Of a DNA stretch of 42,265 nt, positions 23,496 to 30,276 are shown piece by piece. A program made the position numbers and the translations under genes. Under the pieces are notes generated by a model. That model did not search any database and was not told the origin of the DNA. It worked only from the letters and a program-made list of their open reading frames with translations. Numbering within the stretch: position 1 is the stretch's first letter; every line of letters begins with the position of its first letter. This DNA comes from an uncultured Candidatus Saccharibacteria bacterium (GTDB lineage Bacteria > Patescibacteriota > Minisyncoccia > UBA6257 > 2-01-FULL-56-20), in the NCBI GenBank assembly GCA_964363455.1, contig CAYIIM010000001.1, positions 1 through 42,265 on the forward strand, given 5' to 3'.

Positions 23496-23993
23496 ATGGA
23501 AAACAATAGCTCTAAAAGAGGGTTGATGCCATGGATGGAAAAGCAGGCCGGTCGGCCGCTTAAAACCTCGGACAAGGTAATTGGGATTATCCTAGTTATC
23601 ATCTTCCTTTTCGTTTTTTACGTCGTCTTAGATGCCAATAAGTACAAGATGCAGGTGGTGGTGATTGATGGCGAAGGCAAAGTGGGAGTTAATCCAACGA
23701 CAGAGCTTTTAGACTTTGGCGATATGTCTCGGGGAACAGAATCGGTCAGAACGGTGACGCTTAACAATGGCACGTTTATGCCCGTCTATGTTTTAGTGTG
23801 GCAAACAGGAAGACTTTCCGAGATCGTAAAGGTGACGGACAGGAATTCCGGTGAACCCGCCCAAGCTTTTAAGCTTAAATCCGACACAGAAGTAAAGTTA
23901 GAATTTGGCGCCAGGATGCCAGCGTCGGCAGCGATTGGCGACAAGTACACAGGCCGAGTCTTTATCTTCAAAATTCCTACCTTCGGACTTTAG
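23496..23993 (+). CDS. Single-pass membrane protein with beta-sandwich-like ectodomain
   Basis: TM segment VIGIILVIIFLFVFYVVL, then LDFGDMSRGTESVRTVTLNNGTFMPVYVLV (DUF1573/Ig-like pattern). First gene of the tightly packed block that contains the signal peptidase. Confidence 0.65.
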   Translation: MENNSSKRGLMPWMEKQAGRPLKTSDKVIGIILVIIFLFVFYVVLDANKYKMQVVVIDGEGKVGVNPTTELLDFGDMSRGTESVRTVTLNNGTFMPVYVLVWQTGRLSEIVKVTDRNSGEPAQAFKLKSDTEVKLEFGARMPASAAIGDKYTGRVFIFKIPTFGL

Positions 23994-23999
23994 TTGGGA

Positions 24000-24530
24000 A
24001 TGGAGAATGACGAACTAGTAGAAAAAGATTTCGAATCTGATTCGGAAGCGGATCTTGAGGATCGAAAAAAAGTTCCGAAAAAGAAGAAAAGCAAAATTAA
24101 AAGCTTTATCTGGAATTTTGTTTTCTACATCGTCATCGTCGGCGGAATTATTTTTGGTTTGCCAAAGATATTGGTGTGGGCGCTCGATACCCAATATCCG
24201 ATGGCGGCGATTACCTCGGGTTCGATGTGGCCAGTCCTTAAAACCGGAGACATGGTTTTTATCAAAGGAGTGACTGTCCTCGAGCAAATAGAACAAGGAG
24301 ATATTATAGTTTTCCAGAGCGATTCGAATGGAACGCTGACCATTCACCGAATTGTTTCGATTAAAGAAGGGATTATTACCACCAAAGGCGACGCGAACTT
24401 TACCGAGGATACCCCGATCAGTTTTGATAAAGTAGTGGGAAAAACTTTGAATTGGAAGGGAGATAAGCCGGTACGACTTCCATACTTGGGATCAGTAACA
24501 AATTTATCAACGCGACTTAGAAATAAATGA
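24000..24530 (+). CDS. Signal peptidase I, Sec11/SipW type (S26B)
   Basis: TM segment FIWNFVFYIVIVGGIIFGL. AITSGSMWPVLKTGDMVFI (Ser box), LTIHRIVSI (His general base rather than Lys), TTKGDANFTEDTP. ATGA overlap with the next gene. Confidence 0.8.
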   Translation: MENDELVEKDFESDSEADLEDRKKVPKKKKSKIKSFIWNFVFYIVIVGGIIFGLPKILVWALDTQYPMAAITSGSMWPVLKTGDMVFIKGVTVLEQIEQGDIIVFQSDSNGTLTIHRIVSIKEGIITTKGDANFTEDTPISFDKVVGKTLNWKGDKPVRLPYLGSVTNLSTRLRNK

Positions 24531-27289
24531 CCGGGAAAAATTTGAAAAAAAATAAATACGTGGATTCAATTTTAGTTAACAATCCCGAAGAAAAGCAGAA
24601 TAGCCAAAAAATTGGGAAAGTTTTGCGCGCTAAAAAAGAATCGCAGATGAAACCCGTTTTTTATAAGACAGTTTTGAATAAGGTTAAAAAAATAGATTTT
24701 TTTGATTTAATTTTTGGTTCGATTGGGCGGGCTTTTAAAAAGACATTTTTTATTTGGAAATTCTCGTTAGCCCTTTTGCTTTTAGTGAGTATTGTGCCAC
24801 TGTCCGCTTTTGAAGCGCACATTACCAATGTGACAGCCACGATTTTCAATATTGATCCGCCGGTAATTACACCGCCGGGGGGAAATTATAACGGTCCGGT
24901 GGATATCATGATCGATGACAATGATCCAGATGCGACGCATATTTTTTACACGATTACGCCGGGAACGGATGCCGGGGTGGCGCCAGATCCGGCTTGCGGA
25001 GTTTTGCCAGGAGCGGCAAAACCGATTGGGCCGATTACGCTCTCGGATGACTCAGTGGTTAAAGCAATCGCTTGTGATGGACCAGACGGTTCGGCGCATC
25101 ATAGTTTAATTACGACAGAAATTTACGATTTAACTTTAAAAGCGAAGATTGAAGGGAGGAAATATAATGATTTGGATTTAAGCGAAGGTCTGACGGTTGG
25201 CGATACGACAGTGGAAGGGTGGAGAGTGGATCTGAAAATTGGGACTTCGACGATTGCGACCACCGTGACGGACGCCACGGGTTATTATGCTTTTAACAAT
25301 CTTGATCCGGCGACTTATACCGTGGTTGAAGAATCGCGGACGGGGTGGCAGTCGGTGTCGCCAACTAGCGTTTCGGTGACGATTCTTGGAAGTGAGACAA
25401 AAACAGTTGATTTTTTCAACTTTGATAGTGGGTATGCCTGTGTTCCTGGAGTAGTGAGTTTCCCAAATCATTTGGCGGTACTCGCGGCGGGAAACGGAAG
25501 CGGGAATGATGATGTGGTGTTGGGAACGAATGTGACGGTTAACGGCGATGTGCGATCGAATGACGAGATTGAAAGAAGCGCGAGCAGTACCAGCCAGTCG
25601 ATTAATGGCAATGCGACAGTCGTTAATGGAATTGACCTTGGGATTTTCATCTCTGGCGCGTCAACGACTGGGGCGTCGTCTGTCACGCTTCCAAATATTA
25701 ACATCGCGAACTGGAAAGCTCGGGCTCATGACGGTGGCGTGGTGAACGGTAGTTTTAATTTTCCCAATAATCTTTCTGGGATCGTGATGGGGCCGACGGA
25801 AATTATGGGCAACTTAACCTTTGGTAGCTCCAATGGATTGATTGTTCGTGGGCCGATGTATATTCACGGCAATTTGACGATTGGAAGCAACACAACAATT
25901 ACCCAAGACGGAGCGTTTGCGGATCAGTTTGCGACAATTATTGTGGATGGATTAATTTCGATTGCCCCGGGCGTCACATTTAACGGGGCGGGCGCAGATG
26001 GAGCATTTCTTCTCGTCTCAACTCGAACGGCGGTTTTGGGCGATGGGGCGGCGATTGATGTGGCATCGGATAATTCTGATTTAGGAGATGCGGTGCTTTA
26101 CGCTTCAAATGGTGATGTTCACGTGAGAGCCAACCGGAATATTTTGGCGGCGTTCGCGGCTCATGGCACGGGATTAGATAGCAACAATAACGGCGCGGTT
26201 TTATTGGATTCGAATGTGGTTGTAAACTATCGAACTTTGCCAAATAAGATTTCTTGCGGACCGAGACAGCCATACGATTTGACGAGCCATGTGATTATCA
26301 ACGAATTTATGCCGAATCCAAGCGGGAACGATTTGGGAACGGCAGGCGGGTCTTTGGATGGGGAGTGGGTGGAAATCTTTAATCCGATGGGAGCGTCGGT
26401 GGATCTTGCCGGTTATGTTTTGTACGATGGAGACAACACTCACGCGCTTGCACTCACCGCTTCGAACTCAAATACAGGATCACTTACAATTCCGAGTGGA
26501 GGATACGTAGTGATTTACCGTGAGGGTGATGTCGATTTTGAATTAAATAACAGCGGAGGGGACACAGTCCGGCTTTTTAGTGGGCCGATTGAATTAGGCG
26601 GAACTTTGGTGGATAGCCATCTCTTCACGCGGGATGCTCCGGACAACAAATCTTTTGCCAGGGTACCAGATGGTTCAAGTAACTGGGTGGATCCAGATTC
26701 AACCCCGGGTGAGCCCAATGAATTTTTCTTTGAGATGTTGCCAGGCGAGGATGACGCCTTTGATGGAGTAGCAAAGCCACCGATGATTATTCCTCGGATT
26801 GACGAAGATTATTTAGATGAGATGCCTGTTGATGTTTTAGAAGTTGAAGAAGTTTTAGTTGAAGATGTTCAGGTTGTGGAAGAAACCGACATTGAGGCGA
26901 AGAGTACGGAAATGCAAGTAGAGTTTCAAGGTGGTGGCGGTGGAAGCGGTATCCAACCGGTTACTGAAGATAATGACCAACCGGCGGACGATTTAACCAG
27001 CGAGGCAAGTTCAACGCCAGAGGAAAATCCAGTTTTGCCTCCCACTGAAGAAAGCTCGATGTCGTCTGAAGACCAGGTTGTTGCGCCAGTTGATACTTCA
27101 AACACCCAAGCAGAATCTGACAGCGTGCCAACGAGCGAGAGCCAAACTGAAGCCGCTTTGCCGGAAGAAAGTGCGGCAGTTTCGGAACCCATTGTCGATA
27201 ATTCTGGGGGAGGAGGAGATGGCGGTGGCAGTGACGGAGGCGAGCAACCCCAGCCTGCTCCGAGCCCAGAAGAAACACCAACTAATTAA
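24527..27289 (+). CDS. 920-aa surface protein: SipW-type N-terminal motif, Ig-like and Cna-B/SdrD-like modules, beta-helix region, lamin-tail (LTD) domain, acidic Ser/Pro-rich tail
   Basis: LLLLVSIVPLSAFEAHITNVTATIFNI. GWRVDLK...TDATGYYAFNNLDPATYTVVEESRTGWQ. Repetitive NG(D/N)V/TI stretch. LTD: VIINEFMPNPSGND...GEWVEIFNPMGASVDLAGYVLYD...FELNNSGGDTVRLF...TPGEPN. Confidence 0.8.
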   Translation: MTGKNLKKNKYVDSILVNNPEEKQNSQKIGKVLRAKKESQMKPVFYKTVLNKVKKIDFFDLIFGSIGRAFKKTFFIWKFSLALLLLVSIVPLSAFEAHITNVTATIFNIDPPVITPPGGNYNGPVDIMIDDNDPDATHIFYTITPGTDAGVAPDPACGVLPGAAKPIGPITLSDDSVVKAIACDGPDGSAHHSLITTEIYDLTLKAKIEGRKYNDLDLSEGLTVGDTTVEGWRVDLKIGTSTIATTVTDATGYYAFNNLDPATYTVVEESRTGWQSVSPTSVSVTILGSETKTVDFFNFDSGYACVPGVVSFPNHLAVLAAGNGSGNDDVVLGTNVTVNGDVRSNDEIERSASSTSQSINGNATVVNGIDLGIFISGASTTGASSVTLPNINIANWKARAHDGGVVNGSFNFPNNLSGIVMGPTEIMGNLTFGSSNGLIVRGPMYIHGNLTIGSNTTITQDGAFADQFATIIVDGLISIAPGVTFNGAGADGAFLLVSTRTAVLGDGAAIDVASDNSDLGDAVLYASNGDVHVRANRNILAAFAAHGTGLDSNNNGAVLLDSNVVVNYRTLPNKISCGPRQPYDLTSHVIINEFMPNPSGNDLGTAGGSLDGEWVEIFNPMGASVDLAGYVLYDGDNTHALALTASNSNTGSLTIPSGGYVVIYREGDVDFELNNSGGDTVRLFSGPIELGGTLVDSHLFTRDAPDNKSFARVPDGSSNWVDPDSTPGEPNEFFFEMLPGEDDAFDGVAKPPMIIPRIDEDYLDEMPVDVLEVEEVLVEDVQVVEETDIEAKSTEMQVEFQGGGGGSGIQPVTEDNDQPADDLTSEASSTPEENPVLPPTEESSMSSEDQVVAPVDTSNTQAESDSVPTSESQTEAALPEESAAVSEPIVDNSGGGGDGGGSDGGEQPQPAPSPEETPTN

Positions 27290-27292
27290 CCA

Positions 27293-28396
27293 ATGACGAA
27301 AAAATCATTAATCATTGTGGCGCTTCTAGGAGTCGGAGTGATGATTGCTTTAAACGCATTTCAAGTGAGTGCGACTAAGTGTGAGATTAATCCGGATTTG
27401 TCGGTGACGCCGAACATTATTTCTTTTCAAACGGTTTTTCCGGGGGAGGTTCATTTTAAACCGCTGGACGTTGATCTTTCGAGTTCATTTATTGAAAATC
27501 CGATTTACGATGATGTTGAATATCGAATTGTTCAGAAACCTAAGCCAAAAAAAGATACCGCGTGGGATAGGGCTTATTGCGCAGCTCATCCGACGGATTA
27601 CAACAAATGTTATCGTTCGCTTTGTCCCTATCTATCTAAGGAAGTTGACGGCACGCCCGCCAATGATACAGGAGTGCCGGCGTATCATAATCCAAATGCC
27701 AGCTCGAGCATTGCTTTAGGCCGGTTGGCGAAGTCTGAAGAGGATACAGAGGATAGATGGACGATTGATTTGCACGCGCCGTGTTTTAAGGGTGAATGTG
27801 ACCAAACCAATTCAGTGGCGGAGGAATATCAATTAAATCCCGCGTGGCGTGGAGAAACTTTTGGTTGTGATTTGGTGGTTGAGGTTTTAAGCGTCAGTTA
27901 CTCGAAAGCAGTGACGAGGACCCAAGGTTTTTGGCAGACCCACACGGCGTTTACTTCAAATATTTTTTCCACCAAGTTAGGCGGAACGATGAATGTTGGG
28001 ACATCAACGCACGTGAGAGCGGTGACAAACATTCAATCAAGCGGCCAGAGTCGGCTTTTCGGAGCTTTCTACTCCAGCATTCCAAAGAAGACAAACAATG
28101 TGAATCGAACGCCTTTGGATAAGGCGCGAGTGCAACTCTTACAACAGTTGGTGGCGGCAAAATTAAATTGCGCCGCTTTCGATTGTTCCTCAGCGAATCA
28201 AGCTTTAATCAACCAAGCCGATGCGGCTTTCGCCGGAAATTCCACGATTGCGATAAATAATTTGATTCCGCTCCTTACTACTTTTAACCAAAGCGGTGAT
28301 GTAATTCCAATCCCGCCAGCACTGGGAAATCCTGGATCGGCAACTCCCAGCACTTCGCAATCTTGGGCAAATAAAGTTTTTTGGGATAATCCCTAA
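27293..28396 (+). CDS. Secreted Cys-rich protein (paralog E) with distinct C-terminal extension
   Basis: Signal ending ALNAFQVSATKCEINP. Shares FQTVFPGE, DDVEYRIVQKPKP, LCPYLSKEVDGTPAND, GRLAKSEEDTEDRWTIDLHAPCFKGECD and FGCDLVVEV with paralogs A and B. Confidence 0.75.
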   Translation: MTKKSLIIVALLGVGVMIALNAFQVSATKCEINPDLSVTPNIISFQTVFPGEVHFKPLDVDLSSSFIENPIYDDVEYRIVQKPKPKKDTAWDRAYCAAHPTDYNKCYRSLCPYLSKEVDGTPANDTGVPAYHNPNASSSIALGRLAKSEEDTEDRWTIDLHAPCFKGECDQTNSVAEEYQLNPAWRGETFGCDLVVEVLSVSYSKAVTRTQGFWQTHTAFTSNIFSTKLGGTMNVGTSTHVRAVTNIQSSGQSRLFGAFYSSIPKKTNNVNRTPLDKARVQLLQQLVAAKLNCAAFDCSSANQALINQADAAFAGNSTIAINNLIPLLTTFNQSGDVIPIPPALGNPGSATPSTSQSWANKVFWDNP

Positions 28397-28471
28397 TTTT
28401 CCTTTATTTGTAAAGATTGACGAGATTAACTTAAAAGGTCGGATGTGTGAAAAATGTGGATAACAAAAAAT

Positions 28472-28499
28472 TTGACAGGGAAACATATATCCGTAAACT
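28472..28499 (+). promoter_or_regulatory. Promoter TTGACA-16-TAAACT
   Basis: -35 at 28472-28477, -10 at 28494-28499. Confidence 0.5.
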
Positions 28500-28520
28500 A
28501 ATCTAGACAAAGGTAAATTC

Positions 28521-28597
28521 TTCTCGCCGGGGAAACCGAGACAGAAATTCCGTAAATAGGGGAAATGCGAAATATAAACCGGCGAGAATTTTTATTG
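28521..28597 (+). promoter_or_regulatory. Conserved attenuator/riboswitch-like leader motif, copy 2
   Basis: Core tctcgccggggaaaccgagacagaaatt. 10-bp helix 28521-28530/28579-28588 directly followed by tttttatt. Alternative local hairpin tctcg/cgaga. Confidence 0.5.
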
Positions 28598-28608
28598 TCA
28601 GTATTTAG

Positions 28609-28651
28609 AACCACGCTCTAGCGCACAGGGAGTTGTGGTTTTTTGTTGTTT
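28609..28651 (+). terminator. Second hairpin terminator in the leader of the Gly/Asn-rich gene
   Basis: aaccac (28609-28614) pairs with gtggtt (28635-28640), followed by ttttttgttgttt. Confidence 0.4.
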
Positions 28652-28791
28652 GAAAAGTTGATTATTGGGTTCTGGATTCAAGAATTTTTTAAAAAAGAAT
28701 TTTTGAATCCGGAACTCTTTGCTTTTAGCGAAGAGGGATGGGGAAAGGTCGAGTAAGAAAAAAATTAAATCTATAGATTTAATACTAAATA

Positions 28792-29652
28792 ATGAAAAAA
28801 ATTTTATTAGTTTCCTCTTTGGTAGCTGTGATGGTCATTGGTGGAGTCTCTCCAGCTTTGGCGACTGGCTTCGGAGAAGGATGGTTTGATGGTTTTGACG
28901 GAGACGAGACGACCGTTAAGAACACTAACGAAGCGTCAGTTTCAAACAGTGTAACAGTTTCAGCTTCAACTGGTGGCAATGATGCCAACGGTGGAGATGG
29001 AAGCAACGGTGGCGATGGTGGCCGAGGCGGCAGAAATGCTGGCAACGGTGGCCAGGGCAGCCGAAACGGCGACGGCGGCAATGGTGGCAACACCGGCGAC
29101 GGCGGCAACGGCGGAGCGGGCGGAGACGGAGGCTGGGGTGGAGAGATCTACACTGGCTCAGCTTCAGCTTGGTCTGAAATTGAAAACACTGTTAACACCA
29201 ACAAAACAAAAGTTGAAGGTTGTGGTTGCGAAGAAGAAGAGAGTTCAGAATATGAACTTCCTTGGTTTTTTGGTCACAACAATGGTGACAAACTCACCAT
29301 CCGAAATCGCAATAGCGCCAGCGTTTCTAATAGCGTTGAAGTTAAAGCGAAGACCGGACACAACGATGCAGATGGCGGCAATGGTTCAAACGGTGGTGAT
29401 GCCGGAAAAGGCGGATCCAACGCGGGTGATGGCGGAGACGCCGGAACCAGCCACAGCGGCCACTTCTGGTGGTTCTTTGGTGGTGAAGACGAAGGCGGTA
29501 ACGGCGGCAATGGTGGCAACACCGGCGACGGCGGCAACGGCGGAGCGGGCGGCGAAGGCGCTCTTGGTGGTATCATCGAGACCGGCGACGCGGATGCTGG
29601 TTCAGTGGTTGTAAATTCGGTCAACAGAAATGTGACCCGAGTTCGAAACTAG
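28792..29652 (+). CDS. Secreted Gly/Asn-rich repeat protein (two ~120-aa units)
   Basis: Signal MKKILLVSSLVAVMVIGGVSPALA. Units NEASVSNSVTVSASTGGNDANGG...GEIYTGSASAWSEIENTVNTNKTKV and NSASVSNSVEVKAKTGHNDADGG...GIIETGDADAGSVVVNSVNRNVTRV. Confidence 0.75.
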   Translation: MKKILLVSSLVAVMVIGGVSPALATGFGEGWFDGFDGDETTVKNTNEASVSNSVTVSASTGGNDANGGDGSNGGDGGRGGRNAGNGGQGSRNGDGGNGGNTGDGGNGGAGGDGGWGGEIYTGSASAWSEIENTVNTNKTKVEGCGCEEEESSEYELPWFFGHNNGDKLTIRNRNSASVSNSVEVKAKTGHNDADGGNGSNGGDAGKGGSNAGDGGDAGTSHSGHFWWFFGGEDEGGNGGNGGNTGDGGNGGAGGEGALGGIIETGDADAGSVVVNSVNRNVTRVRN

Positions 29653-29762
29653 CCTGTCTGGGGCGAGCGAGCTCTTTAAAAAGAGTTCGCTCCCTCGCTA
29701 AAGAGAGAAAACTTTGATCGGTAGTTCTTTTTAGCGAGGGTATCGAAATCCTCGGGTCACAC

Positions 29763-30272
29763 ATGGAGCATACGTTTAAAAAATTACTTTGTTTCAGCTT
29801 AATGGGAGGCTTTGTATTTGCCGGGTCTTTTGGTTTGGCGTTAGCGGATAATGTCTCGATTCAGAATAATGTCAGCGTTTCGGCCGAGACTGGCGGGAAT
29901 ACCGGCGCCGTGACTAATGAAGGCAAGGCGAGTGTGGATATTCGCGTTGAGAGTGAAGTAGATGGAAAAAAACAAGCGCCGGTGATTGTTCACGAAGAGA
30001 CAGTGGGCGGAAAGATTGAAAAAGAGATTGAAGTGGAGTCGGAAGACGGAGTGGTGAAAACCAAAATCAAAACTTCGGCGGAAGCGGAGAGCAATTCTGA
30101 TACGAGCGGGGTTTCGGCGAATGGTGAAGATGGGGAAGATGGCGACGATGGAGTTGAAACTGTGAGCAGTAAAGTGACGGTTTCGAGTAAAAGCACTTTT
30201 CTGGCTTCGGTGGGAGAATTTTTTGCAAACGTTGGAAATAGTATTTGGACGTCGATAAAATCAATTTTTTAA
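29763..30272 (+). CDS. Secreted acidic protein carrying one copy of the N-x-V-S-x-S-A-x-TGGN half-motif
   Basis: Signal-like FSLMGGFVFAGSFGLALA, then DNVSIQNNVSVSAETGGNTGAV. Confidence 0.65.
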   Translation: MEHTFKKLLCFSLMGGFVFAGSFGLALADNVSIQNNVSVSAETGGNTGAVTNEGKASVDIRVESEVDGKKQAPVIVHEETVGGKIEKEIEVESEDGVVKTKIKTSAEAESNSDTSGVSANGEDGEDGDDGVETVSSKVTVSSKSTFLASVGEFFANVGNSIWTSIKSIF

Positions 30273-30276
30273 ACAT

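Noticed and set aside
24015-24347. Alternative-frame and antisense ORFs within the signal peptidase gene (24015-24347, 24055-24273, 24125-24343)
   Set aside because: They overlap a gene with clear S26B catalytic motifs and contain no motifs of their own.
26926-27296. ORFs overlapping the 3' low-complexity tail of the 920-aa gene (26926-27192, 26961-27281, 27078-27296)
   Set aside because: They are by-products of the repetitive acidic Ser/Pro-coding region. The long plus-strand frame is continuous with the LTD domain.
28785-29624. Long alternative-frame ORFs in the Gly-rich gene (28973-29614 plus strand, 28785-29108 and 29274-29624 minus strand)
   Set aside because: GGN-rich coding sequence is open in several frames. 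Only the 28792 frame has a signal peptide and the repeat shared with the two downstream proteins.
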